The notes beneath the pieces are model-generated. The model was not told the DNA's origin. It was given only the letters and a program-made list of their open reading frames with translations, and did no database searches. From sequence record OL960581: a stretch of 64,000 nucleotides of DNA; one strand, 5' to 3'. A program made the position numbers and the translations under genes. Source of the stretch: Escherichia phage vB_EcoM_SA20RB. Below, one piece after another: positions 52,773-61,251 of this stretch (its first letter is position 1; every line of letters begins with the position of its first letter).

Positions 52773-53783
52773 TCATTTATAATAACTTCGGTGGTTTTCA
52801 AGATAAACCCTCTCAAGGAAGTCATCCCAGAAACCCATGTCTACTTTTTGTTGCATACCGTTCTTAGAAGCTTCAATAGATGCTGCTTCTACTTGATCGA
52901 CCACATCTTCCAAAAACTCTTGAACAGTTTTAAATGGATGTTTACCAAGCTTCACGTCGAGAATAAATGGAGCGTCTTGGAGTGGATAGACTAAGTCACC
53001 AGTTTTGTAAATTTCCAATAGTTGGAGTCCACCACGACAAGCATGACTCAGAGCTTTCCAGTCAATACCCTCATTCGCTTCAGCCTTACGAGCACGTTCA
53101 CCATATTCAGCATCAAGTTTATTCAAAGACTGCTTAAGCTCAATAAGAGAAAGAGTTGTCTGATATTTACGACCCAACACAGTGTAGAACGTTTGTGGGC
53201 CTGTTTTCTCATGATTATGGAATACCCATTCACAGAATTCGTTCTCTGGAAGACGATGCTTAATATCTTCAACTTTAGTTCGACGCTGCTTAATGGAACC
53301 GTCTTCTTGGTAATCAACCCATTGCTCAGGGATTTGATTAACTACTTTCAATACATCACGCAATGCGGCCAAACGAGAACCCTTGACACCATATTTAGAA
53401 GCTTGCTTGCGGACATATCCTAAATAAGATTTCATGTTAGTTGTATAAAAACGAGAACGATTGTCTTGAATAAACTTCCACACATCAGGTAAATCAGATT
53501 TAACCACTAGTTCAGGTGGAGTGTGAAGCATATCTAATGCTACGGTTTCACCATCTGCTGCTAATTTAAAGAAATATTTAAGACTGTATAGTTCATGGTC
53601 AATATCATCTTTAGTGTTTTTAGATGATGTGTTGTTGGTATTTTTACTCATATGCTCTTTAACATTTCCGATAAGAATATCACGAGCAGGAGGAACAAAG
53701 ATTTCTTTAAAATCTACATCAGATTCTGGGGTAGAAGTTCCATAAAGATGACTACCAAAATAACTTTTCATTACTGTTTTCAT
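52773..53783 (-). CDS. pol-beta-superfamily nucleotidyltransferase (nrdC.11 slot)
   Basis: 336 aa; N-terminal FGSHLYGTSTPESDVDF (G-S-x11-D-x-D). Confidence 0.65.
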   Translation of the reverse strand: MKTVMKSYFGSHLYGTSTPESDVDFKEIFVPPARDILIGNVKEHMSKNTNNTSSKNTKDDIDHELYSLKYFFKLAADGETVALDMLHTPPELVVKSDLPDVWKFIQDNRSRFYTTNMKSYLGYVRKQASKYGVKGSRLAALRDVLKVVNQIPEQWVDYQEDGSIKQRRTKVEDIKHRLPENEFCEWVFHNHEKTGPQTFYTVLGRKYQTTLSLIELKQSLNKLDAEYGERARKAEANEGIDWKALSHACRGGLQLLEIYKTGDLVYPLQDAPFILDVKLGKHPFKTVQEFLEDVVDQVEAASIEASKNGMQQKVDMGFWDDFLERVYLENHRSYYK

Positions 53784-54226
53784 TTAACATCCTTAAATTC
53801 TATCATAGGGCAGATTTTAGATTTACTAGCTTTAAGGTATTCAACGATTACACTATTAGGATGTTCAATACCGTTTTCTTCGTCTTGTTGACGCTTCCAC
53901 GCTCTATCATACCTGACTCCTTCCCATAAACCTGAAATCTTAGCTACAATATATGCTATACCTACTGCAATAACGACAATCGTAGCAAATATCAGTACAC
54001 CAAATACGGTTCCGCCTGCGTGTAGAAGCCAGAATCCTGTAACACCAAATTGACTTAAAATAGCTTGTCCTACCACCCAACTACCTAATAGCCCCGATGT
54101 GCAAATAACACCGATAACTAAGAACGTCCACGCCATTTTCCAGAAATATTTACACAAAGAATTCGGACGCTGCCAGTAAAAGAAATCATGCATACGAACG
54201 TGCCAAGAGTTTTCATTAATAATCAT
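53780..54226 (-). CDS. polytopic membrane protein
   Basis: 148 aa, 3-4 hydrophobic helices. Confidence 0.5.
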   Translation of the reverse strand: MIINENSWHVRMHDFFYWQRPNSLCKYFWKMAWTFLVIGVICTSGLLGSWVVGQAILSQFGVTGFWLLHAGGTVFGVLIFATIVVIAVGIAYIVAKISGLWEGVRYDRAWKRQQDEENGIEHPNSVIVEYLKASKSKICPMIEFKDVK

Positions 54227-54228
54227 AA

Positions 54229-54750
54229 TTATCCTTTCATTGAAGGTGTAACAGTTGTTAAATACTTAATCATAGCTTCAGCTTCTGATTTTGATAATGA
54301 AATTTCTCCATTGTTTTGACGAATAGAAATAAAATCCGGATGACGGTCACCACCAGCTTTTAAAATACACATATAAGTATCAGTTTCATCTTCAATATCT
54401 GAAATGATTGAAGCAGTTCCGCATGAATGCGGTTTTTGATAAATCAATGCAGCTTTTCTTCCACCGTTTGACTGTTCATAAACTTTTAACACATCAAACA
54501 AATCACTTCTTTTATCAATAGCTAAGATGTTGTTTTCATCTTCAATGTTAAATCCTTCGGATACTTCATAAAGTGTCACCCATAAATCACCTATATCGAT
54601 AGTAGCATTTCCTTTTCCACGACTTTCAAGAGTATGACAAATTTTCTTGATTTCGTCATAACTCATTTTAATAATATCATCTCCTTGAATAAGGAAGATG
54701 TCATTTTTAAATTCAACACGAATTAAACCGCTTTCACTTGAAATAAACAT
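54229..54750 (-). CDS. hypothetical protein, paralog of 54757..55314
   Basis: 173 aa; ISLSKSEAEAMIKYLTTVTPSM aligns with VTFTKDEAIALKTYLDSVIPTM. Confidence 0.5.
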   Translation of the reverse strand: MFISSESGLIRVEFKNDIFLIQGDDIIKMSYDEIKKICHTLESRGKGNATIDIGDLWVTLYEVSEGFNIEDENNILAIDKRSDLFDVLKVYEQSNGGRKAALIYQKPHSCGTASIISDIEDETDTYMCILKAGGDRHPDFISIRQNNGEISLSKSEAEAMIKYLTTVTPSMKG

Positions 54751-54756
54751 ATTTCC

Positions 54757-55314
54757 TCACTTTGAAATCATAGTTGGAATGACAGAATCAAGATAAGTCT
54801 TTAGCGCAATGGCTTCGTCTTTGGTAAATGTGACAATATGTGATCGAAAATCATCAATTTGACGAATAGTTAAGACATCTCCCTCTTCATAACATTTTGA
54901 TACATTTAAAAGAGTTTCATCATTCTGATTGCAATCGTTAGTAATAATAGCATTGCAATTTTTGAGCCATTTTAAACTATGTTTTCTTTCATTAGAATAA
55001 TAAAAATATTTAATCTTAGCTATAAAACTATCCCAATGAATAACTGATAAACACATTGACTCACTTTTAATATTAAATCCTGGGCATGAAGAATAAAAAT
55101 GAATTTTGTGCTCATCATTGATGCTTACTATTTTATCAGTATAAGGATATTCAATTTGGGTTAAATGAATGATTTCACTAGGCGTAAAATACAGCATATC
55201 GTCTTCTTGCGTCAAACGATACATGTTATTTACTTTTTCTATAGCCAATTCACCAAAAAGCGGACTAACTTCTAATACTAATCGTTTCATATTGATTCTC
55301 TTCGACTCATTCAC
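54757..55314 (-). CDS. hypothetical protein, paralog of 54229..54750
   Basis: 185 aa; GTG start with AGGAG upstream (alternative ATG at about 55290). Confidence 0.5.
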   Translation of the reverse strand: MNESKRINMKRLVLEVSPLFGELAIEKVNNMYRLTQEDDMLYFTPSEIIHLTQIEYPYTDKIVSINDEHKIHFYSSCPGFNIKSESMCLSVIHWDSFIAKIKYFYYSNERKHSLKWLKNCNAIITNDCNQNDETLLNVSKCYEEGDVLTIRQIDDFRSHIVTFTKDEAIALKTYLDSVIPTMISK

Positions 55315-55449
55315 AATTACATACTCCTTTGAATAATATCAATAATGTTGTTCACCAGATTATAAGTAAACATCGGGTGATAATATTGAATCATCACATA
55401 CACAACAAACAAAACTTTCATTCTCTTCTCCTTGGCAGTTGACAAGATT

Positions 55450-55479
55450 ACTATACCATAACCTTGCCAACTTGTAAAC
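55450..55479 (-). promoter_or_regulatory. early promoter
   Basis: GTTTAC, 18 nt, TATAGT. Confidence 0.6.
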
Positions 55480-55481
55480 CA

Positions 55482-55655
55482 TTAAATGACGTTTTCAATA
55501 AAATTCTGAAGCTTTGTGTGAGCATCAACCATGATTTTCATTTCTTCCTTTGCGAAAGCTGTACCTCTTTCACGAGAAGAATACTCATAGTCAGAAACTG
55601 CATTAGCATATTCTTCAATTAGCTTCATTAAAAACATCTGCTTTTCAGTTTTCAT
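55482..55655 (-). CDS. 57-aa helical peptide (below track cutoff)
   Basis: Hand translation MKTEKQMFLMKLIEEYANAVSDYEYSSRERGTAFAKEEMKIMVDAHTKLQNFIENVI. Confidence 0.4.
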   Translation of the reverse strand: MKTEKQMFLMKLIEEYANAVSDYEYSSRERGTAFAKEEMKIMVDAHTKLQNFIENVI

Positions 55656-55839
55656 TATTCCACCTAATCATTTCAAGATATTGAACTAACTTAGCTTTAG
55701 ATTTATCCAAATCCTTTTTAGCTGCTTCTATACCATCGTATGAATATCCTTCACAATGCTCAACTGCCAATTGGTATGAATCTATTTCAATATCACGTGC
55801 TAATTTAATGATTTTTTCAAACTGTTCACGTGTTAGCAT
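55645..55839 (-). CDS. small helical protein
   Basis: 64-aa ORF. Confidence 0.45.
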   Translation of the reverse strand: MLTREQFEKIIKLARDIEIDSYQLAVEHCEGYSYDGIEAAKKDLDKSKAKLVQYLEMIRWNNEN

Positions 55840-55841
55840 AC

Positions 55842-56045
55842 TTAAACTCTCGTATTATGATCGATAATTTCATCAAGAAACATATCTAAAGCTTCTACAG
55901 CATTATCAACTTTAGCTTCAAGTTCTTCAGCGCCTTTATTTGCAATGCCTGACGAAAACCAAGCAAAGTCACTAAGTTCCTCATCTGCTTTGCGAATTAA
56001 AGCTACCAATTCTTTAATTTTATCTGCTTGTTCGATACTAATCAT
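55842..56045 (-). CDS. small acidic helical protein
   Basis: Trimmed to [13 protein letters not shown]; TAATG overlap with upstream ORF. Confidence 0.45.
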   Translation of the reverse strand: MISIEQADKIKELVALIRKADEELSDFAWFSSGIANKGAEELEAKVDNAVEALDMFLDEIIDHNTRV

Positions 56046-56233
56046 TATTCCACCACATATGAAAGAGAGAATATTGCACACGCCATATGAGTTGCAGCTT
56101 CATCACACATATCATAACGTTTCTTAAGAAGTTTTTCAAGTTCTTCACTGGTAACTTCATCCATGTTGACGAAAAAATCACCATTAATGATGACGTAGAT
56201 ATTTCCTTCTTGATTAAGTGCTTCAATTTTCAT
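56045..56233 (-). CDS. small acidic protein
   Basis: Trimmed to [14 protein letters not shown]; early promoter cassette directly upstream. Confidence 0.45.
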   Translation of the reverse strand: MKIEALNQEGNIYVIINGDFFVNMDEVTSEELEKLLKKRYDMCDEAATHMACAIFSLSYVVE

Positions 56234-56259
56234 GATGTTCTCCTCTTTATCTGATGGTT

Positions 56260-56291
56260 GTATAGTATCACAGCTCAAATGGAAAGTAAAC
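56260..56291 (-). promoter_or_regulatory. early promoter cassette (diverged copy of the 24191/52652 family)
   Basis: GTTTAC...gaTACTATACAacc. Confidence 0.55.
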
Positions 56292-56306
56292 CGGTAAAAT
56301 GAAAAA

Positions 56307-56324
56307 AGTCTCCCGAAGGAGACT
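56307..56324 (-). terminator. rho-independent terminator after rI.-1
   Basis: AGUCUCC-UUCG-GGAGACU followed by U6. Confidence 0.8.
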
Positions 56325-56328
56325 AATG

Positions 56329-56715
56329 TTATTCGAGGGAAAGAAGATATTTACTTTGATAAAACATTCCAGTAATATCATCTATCGTGCTTTGAATGGC
56401 TGGAGGCATTTCTTTATAAATGCTGTTAGATTGGTCTAGTATGCGATCAATCATTTTAATTGTGTCGGTAGGAAGTTTACTAGCATCTGGAATTGAAGGT
56501 GTGTATTTTCTACCAGAATACCCCAAATATTGCTCACCAAATTTATCAATCAAATCTGGTAACTCAGAGAAAATAAAATCGTATGCTTTATGTCTAGCAT
56601 AACTTTTAGTTTCAAAATGCGCAGAATGAAAATAAGCTTGTGCAGCCATTAATAAACCTAAGTATTCATCTGCCTTTGAAGGTTTTCCACTTTGTGAAAA
56701 GTCGCTGAATTTCAT
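56329..56715 (-). CDS. rI.-1: rI.-1-slot protein
   Basis: 128-aa ORF directly downstream of rI; terminator follows. Confidence 0.55.
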   Translation of the reverse strand: MKFSDFSQSGKPSKADEYLGLLMAAQAYFHSAHFETKSYARHKAYDFIFSELPDLIDKFGEQYLGYSGRKYTPSIPDASKLPTDTIKMIDRILDQSNSIYKEMPPAIQSTIDDITGMFYQSKYLLSLE

Positions 56716-57005
56716 TCAGTCTCCAATTTAATGTTCATAATTCTAGCGTATGATTGTGCCATCTCCGCGCCTCGCTCTATACATTCAAAATCGGAAGAGC
56801 ACGGGTCATTTTTATAGGTCGTTCGCATAAAACTATAGAACTGTTCAGATGATTCTACGCTTTTATTTTCAAAAAGCATATAAACATGTCTAATGCCAGA
56901 TTCCATAAATTTATCAAAATGAGGATCGACATTTGCTTCAATCGGTGGAGATAAAGCAAACGCTAATCCTAGCATGGCAAATAGTGCCGTTGCTTTTAAG
57001 GCCAT
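56712..57005 (-). CDS. rI: RI lysis-inhibition antiholin
   Basis: 97 aa MALKATALFAMLGLAFALSPPIEANVDPHFDKFMESGIRHVYMLFENKSVESSEQFYSF... Confidence 0.92.
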   Translation of the reverse strand: MALKATALFAMLGLAFALSPPIEANVDPHFDKFMESGIRHVYMLFENKSVESSEQFYSFMRTTYKNDPCSSDFECIERGAEMAQSYARIMNIKLETE

Positions 57006-57017
57006 AAAGGCCTCCTA

Positions 57018-57230
57018 TCATTTTTGTCCTGTATTTACTTTATGCCGATGCACGGCCTTAACTTTATCAAGGTATTTTTCAAAATTTCGCAATCTAGTAT
57101 AGTCTGCCGGAGATTGGTTGAGTGATACTTCTCGACGCAAAGCTGAAATGATATTTCCAACTTCCCTACGAATTTCATCTAATTGAAGAACAGTAAGATT
57201 GCGAAGTTGCTTTTCAGTTAATTGTAGCAT
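57018..57230 (-). CDS. rI.1: rI.1-slot small protein
   Basis: 70-aa ORF with TATAAATA upstream. Confidence 0.5.
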
Positions 57231-57255
57231 ATATACCCCTTTAGTTAGATAAACC

Positions 57256-57263
57256 TATTTATA
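57256..57263 (-). promoter_or_regulatory. late promoter TATAAATA upstream of rI.1/rI
   Basis: Exact TATAAATA on the minus strand about 25 nt upstream of the 57230 start. Confidence 0.65.
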
Positions 57264-57272
57264 ACTTTTGCA

Positions 57273-57854
57273 CTAACCGAGCTTTTTAGTTAATTCATTC
57301 CAATGTTTTCTGCACAAAGAAACATAAATTTCATCACCAATACAGATTTGATTACCTTCTTTAACTGGTGTTCCATCTTCCATTAATCGAGCTGTCATAA
57401 TAGCTTTTTTACCACAATGACAAACTGCTTTTAGTTCAATAAGTTTATCTGCAATCGCCAAAAGTTCTTTAGAACCTTCAAATAATTTTCCAGCGAAATC
57501 AGTCCTTAGTCCATAAGCCATAACAGGAACATTATATGTATCAACAATTCGGCTTAATTGATGCACCTGTTCAGTTTTTAAAAACTGAGCTTCATCTACA
57601 AATACGCAATGAATATCTTTTTGTGCTTCAGCCCATTTATAGAACTCAAAAATATCCATATCATCCGTAATAATATTCGCTTCCTGTTTAATTCCAATGC
57701 GAGAAACGACTTCACAAACAGAATCGCGAGTATCAATAGCAGGTTTAAGAACTAATACACCCATTCCGCGTTCTTTATAATTATGCGCAGCAGTTAAAAG
57801 AGAAGCAGATTTTCCAGCATTCATTGCTGCATAAGTAAAAATTAAACTCGCCAT
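57273..57854 (-). CDS. tk: thymidine kinase
   Basis: 193 aa; AAMNAGKS P-loop; C-terminal zinc-site cysteines. Confidence 0.93.
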   Translation of the reverse strand: MASLIFTYAAMNAGKSASLLTAAHNYKERGMGVLVLKPAIDTRDSVCEVVSRIGIKQEANIITDDMDIFEFYKWAEAQKDIHCVFVDEAQFLKTEQVHQLSRIVDTYNVPVMAYGLRTDFAGKLFEGSKELLAIADKLIELKAVCHCGKKAIMTARLMEDGTPVKEGNQICIGDEIYVSLCRKHWNELTKKLG

Positions 57855-57863
57855 ATCACCTTC

Positions 57864-58049
57864 TTAAAGCGTATTCACATAAGCTATTAATTCGTTTTCT
57901 TTCTTATCAAACCGGTCAGCAAATTCTTCTTGCTGTTCGGGAGATAGCGGGCCGTATTCATCATAAAAGGTGTTTGCTTCTGTATGCTCATCTAGAAGTT
58001 CATGGATAAGCTCAAACAATTTATCTTTTTGTTCTTTACTCAGACTCAT
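57864..58049 (-). CDS. small acidic protein (tk.1 slot)
   Basis: 61-aa ORF. Confidence 0.45.
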   Translation of the reverse strand: MSLSKEQKDKLFELIHELLDEHTEANTFYDEYGPLSPEQQEEFADRFDKKENELIAYVNTL

Positions 58050-58219
58050 ATATTAATTTCCAGGAGTTTTAAAATAATTCGCTTTTGCTTAAATATTTCC
58101 ATAGTTAAATGGTCAGTATCTTTTTGACCGATTCCAATAGCAAAACCTTTATTAACAGCGAGTTCAATTAAATTATCAAGCTCACGTAACACTTCATATT
58201 GTAACTCAAAACTATTCAT
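58046..58219 (-). CDS. 57-aa peptide (below track cutoff; tk.2 slot)
   Basis: Hand translation MNSFELQYEVLRELDNLIELAVNKGFAIGIGQKDTDHLTMEIFKQKRIILKLLEINI; ATGA overlaps at both ends. Confidence 0.4.
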   Translation of the reverse strand: MNSFELQYEVLRELDNLIELAVNKGFAIGIGQKDTDHLTMEIFKQKRIILKLLEINI

Positions 58220-58443
58220 TTTGGTTTACCTTCTTTAACGAAATCGGGATAAGGATAAAATCCTGAATAAAATCCTTCACCTTTATGATTGATGCATCCT
58301 TTATTAGAACAATAGCACCAATAGTCGAAATCACAAGCCATTTCATCATTACATAAAGCAAAAACAACCGGCCATTTACACTTTTCACAATGGGCATTTT
58401 TAAGAATACTAGTTTGGCTCATAACCATGTAACCTTTAAGCAA
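58216..58443 (-). CDS. Cys-rich small protein
   Basis: 75 aa with CEKC...C...CYCSNKGC pattern. Confidence 0.45.
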   Translation of the reverse strand: MLKGYMVMSQTSILKNAHCEKCKWPVVFALCNDEMACDFDYWCYCSNKGCINHKGEGFYSGFYPYPDFVKEGKPK

Positions 58444-58631
58444 TATTCTTCTACATGTTGTTTACGACCTTTCCTATCAATAAAGGTATATTCAACAAAT
58501 GTTCCAATATAGTCTTTATCTACATCATGAGGACTATTAATTGGGCATTTAGTACGGCAAATGCGTTCCCATTGACGAATAATTTCTGCTTTGTTTTTAG
58601 GATCAAACGGATGCGGGTAATGTACTTTCAT
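58419..58631 (-). CDS. hypothetical small protein
   Basis: 70-aa ORF. Confidence 0.45.
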   Translation of the reverse strand: MKVHYPHPFDPKNKAEIIRQWERICRTKCPINSPHDVDKDYIGTFVEYTFIDRKGRKQHVEEYCLKVTWL

Positions 58632-59082
58632 AATCCACCACTATTAAATCAATATCAGGAGTAAACATGTCGATTAATTTAGAAACCTTATCCCAATCAC
58701 CGCCAGCAATACCACAACCTATGCGTGGAATGTAAATTACTGGTTTAAACAAAAGGGTCTCTGCCTGTAGATTTAATTCTATCATGCAGTTTACTAAAGC
58801 ACCATAATCAAGATTAGGACCCGGTTCGTATTGCGTATACAGGTTATAGCATATACCAAATCCCGTAGGACTATGTTTAAAAACAATAGACATATCGCCT
58901 AATTTATCGCGAGAACCGTACTCGGTAGTAGTTTTATCTATTTCTAAAATTTTAGGATAGGCCCTCGCTAATTGACCCGCTACACCTGAACCCATAGTAT
59001 GAAAGCAGTTGCACCCGTGCGCAATAATATTACCTTGAAGAAATAGGGCGACAATATCGCCCTTGATATATTTTACAATCAT
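58603..59082 (-). CDS. macrodomain protein (TARG1/OARD1-like ADP-ribose binding/hydrolase)
   Basis: 159 aa; motifs IAHGCNCFHTMGSGVAGQL and IPRIGCGIAGGDW. Confidence 0.65.
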   Translation of the reverse strand: MIVKYIKGDIVALFLQGNIIAHGCNCFHTMGSGVAGQLARAYPKILEIDKTTTEYGSRDKLGDMSIVFKHSPTGFGICYNLYTQYEPGPNLDYGALVNCMIELNLQAETLLFKPVIYIPRIGCGIAGGDWDKVSKLIDMFTPDIDLIVVDYESTLPASV

Positions 59083-59426
59083 CTAGTACTCAATCCTCGA
59101 TTATAAGAATCTACCAAACGGTCAACCATTGAATGACAAGCGGCTTTATCTTTCTCCTCCGCAACTGAACATTCTAAGGTATTCCACTTTTTAGCATATC
59201 GTTTTAACAATGTATCATTTTTATATCTACTTGATTTATCTCTTTCTCCGTCTTTATATGCATATATTAATTTCTGCGCAAATTCAGCTTGGCATGCTTT
59301 ATTTTTCCCACAATAATCTGCCGCAGTGCGATTTACATATTCTCTAATTTCAGTATATGATGTATCTGCTGACGCAGAAGCAGAAAATGAAATTAATCCT
59401 ATACATAAAACCAAAATTTTAGTCAT
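59079..59426 (-). CDS. vs: Vs (valyl-tRNA synthetase modifier) slot, secreted-type N-terminus
   Basis: 115 aa, the T4 Vs length as recalled; signal-like MTKILVLCIGLISFSASASA. Confidence 0.5.
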   Translation of the reverse strand: MTKILVLCIGLISFSASASADTSYTEIREYVNRTAADYCGKNKACQAEFAQKLIYAYKDGERDKSSRYKNDTLLKRYAKKWNTLECSVAEEKDKAACHSMVDRLVDSYNRGLSTR

Positions 59427-59964
59427 TTACTATTTCCAAAAGTTTATTATTTTTAAGGTAATTAGCCTTTTCTAGGACTTCAGAAGCATATTTAGAACCT
59501 GCTTTAACATTCCATCCCGAATTATAAGAGGATATTGCTTTTCTTATATCACCCTTATGTATATTTAACCAATAAGAAAGTTCAATGTACGCCCAGGAAG
59601 CTGAATTGGATCGTTTATTCAACATTCTTTTTATTTCGGCATCGGTCATATTATAACCAAGTTCCTTAACTCTTGCTCGCATAGTAGGCAAATAATTTTG
59701 GAACATTCCGTAGGCGTGATGCTTTGGTTTAGATTTTAAATTAACTCCGGCAGAGCTTTCTTGCCATAAAATAGCAGCCATTATATGACCCAATCCGCTC
59801 TTGTGGATGTTTTTGTGTGTTTTATATTTTCCATCCTTAGAAAATTGTTCCCCGAATTGATATGCGTAGCGCATGTTATCGAGTTGGACATTACTGAAAG
59901 TATGCTCGGAGCTATGTGCCATCATTGAAATGGCCAATAGACCAGCGAGTAGTGCTTTTCTCAT
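59419..59964 (-). CDS. vs.1: secreted lytic transglycosylase-like protein (vs.1 slot)
   Basis: 181 aa; signal peptide; ILWQESSAG catalytic-Glu motif of the SLT family. Confidence 0.6.
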   Translation of the reverse strand: MRKALLAGLLAISMMAHSSEHTFSNVQLDNMRYAYQFGEQFSKDGKYKTHKNIHKSGLGHIMAAILWQESSAGVNLKSKPKHHAYGMFQNYLPTMRARVKELGYNMTDAEIKRMLNKRSNSASWAYIELSYWLNIHKGDIRKAISSYNSGWNVKAGSKYASEVLEKANYLKNNKLLEIVND

Positions 59965-59971
59965 GCTTACC

Positions 59972-60433
59972 TCATTGAGTTTTAATTACGGCTTTAGAAG
60001 CCTTTCCTGGTAAACGACGACTGTTGATAATTGCCATCCTACATTGAAGTGACGGGTCTTTGAACTTCGCGTTAGGTTTACAAACTGTAAATCCAAGCCA
60101 AAGATTTCCATCTGTGATTTCTAAACGTCCAGGACGATATTCAACCCCATCAATAAAATCCTCGTCAATGTCAGGACGCGGAGGCATACTCAGGAATTCA
60201 TTAACTTCTAAAACATGGTCTTTTATTTTGTGGAATAATTCAAAAACATATGTCTCATCAATCTCCCGTTGAATTGCACGATCAAGAAGATGTTGAGAAT
60301 ATTTTAGATGAAACGATGAGACCCCTGCTGCTTTTGATGCCTCACGAATCTCATTGTTAATTTGACGAAACTCCGACTCAAAGTGACGACGAAGTTTATT
60401 TCGACGGATAAAAACTTCTGTATTGATAGTCAT
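59972..60433 (-). CDS. regB: RegB endoribonuclease
   Basis: 153 aa MTINTEVFIRRNKLRRHFESEFRQINNEIREASKAAGVSSFHLKYSQHLLDRAIQ. Confidence 0.93.
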   Translation of the reverse strand: MTINTEVFIRRNKLRRHFESEFRQINNEIREASKAAGVSSFHLKYSQHLLDRAIQREIDETYVFELFHKIKDHVLEVNEFLSMPPRPDIDEDFIDGVEYRPGRLEITDGNLWLGFTVCKPNAKFKDPSLQCRMAIINSRRLPGKASKAVIKTQ

Positions 60434-60460
60434 GTTATTCTCCTCTTAACTGATAGAAAA

Positions 60461-60490
60461 ATTATACCACAGTCAAGAGGAAAAGTAAAC
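60461..60490 (-). promoter_or_regulatory. early promoter upstream of regB
   Basis: GTTTAC, 18 nt, TATAAT. Confidence 0.65.
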
Positions 60491-60492
60491 AA

Positions 60493-60771
60493 TTATTCTT
60501 TAAATCTAATCAATTTATTCATAGACTTTGTAACTTCTGCACGAACCTCATGTAGGTTTTTAAGCTGTTCAAGACGCTGCTCATAGTAAGCAATTTCATC
60601 TTCTTCGAGACAGTCCTGTGAATCTTCTTTAAGATAACGTGCATAGTCCTGGAAAGCTTTACGGACTACTTCCTGGAAGTCATCAAGACTTTGAATTTTC
60701 TTAGGAGCAACAGATACACGACGAGGGGCAGTATAATACTCATAACCAAACCCTGCGCTTAATTGGGCCAT
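60493..60771 (-). CDS. hypothetical protein (vs.3 slot)
   Basis: Trimmed to [13 protein letters not shown]; TAATG overlap with upstream ORF. Confidence 0.45.
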   Translation of the reverse strand: MAQLSAGFGYEYYTAPRRVSVAPKKIQSLDDFQEVVRKAFQDYARYLKEDSQDCLEEDEIAYYEQRLEQLKNLHEVRAEVTKSMNKLIRFKE

Positions 60772-61037
60772 TAATATTTTTCCTCTGGTTGGAACACAGC
60801 ACGACAAGCCCACATACTGGCTTCTTTGAGTTTCGTTTTAGCAATAGTTAACTGATCGAGACTTTCAGCATAATTCTTCGCGAATTCACAGTCTTCACAA
60901 TTATTTAGTGCTTCCCAGAATTCATCATACAAAGCATCAAAGATAAGTCCTAAACGAACTTCAGCGTCTTTGATAGCATTCACTTTACCGATTTTCTCTT
61001 CAGTATGTGGTTTATAACCTTTAATGTCTTCAATCAT
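60771..61037 (-). CDS. vs.4: vs.4-slot protein (possible Acb2-type cyclic-oligonucleotide sponge)
   Basis: 88-aa helical ORF, second ORF after regB; assigned by position only. Confidence 0.45.
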   Translation of the reverse strand: MIEDIKGYKPHTEEKIGKVNAIKDAEVRLGLIFDALYDEFWEALNNCEDCEFAKNYAESLDQLTIAKTKLKEASMWACRAVFQPEEKY

Positions 61038-61251
61038 ATTTTACTTCCTCACCAGTACCTAAATCATATTCAACTAAACGAATAGGCTCATGAATGCCAT
61101 AACCCTGAACAGAAATTTCTGTCGTAGGATAAATTCCATCAATATCACCCATATTCCATGCTTCATTAAATTGCTGTTCGCCTGAATTACTAAACCACTC
61201 GGCGAAAGCATTTAGCACATCTTTAGAACCTTCAATAATTATCTTTGCCAT
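61030..61251 (-). CDS. hypothetical small acidic protein (vs.5 slot)
   Basis: 73-aa ORF. Confidence 0.45.
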   Translation of the reverse strand: MAKIIIEGSKDVLNAFAEWFSNSGEQQFNEAWNMGDIDGIYPTTEISVQGYGIHEPIRLVEYDLGTGEEVKYD

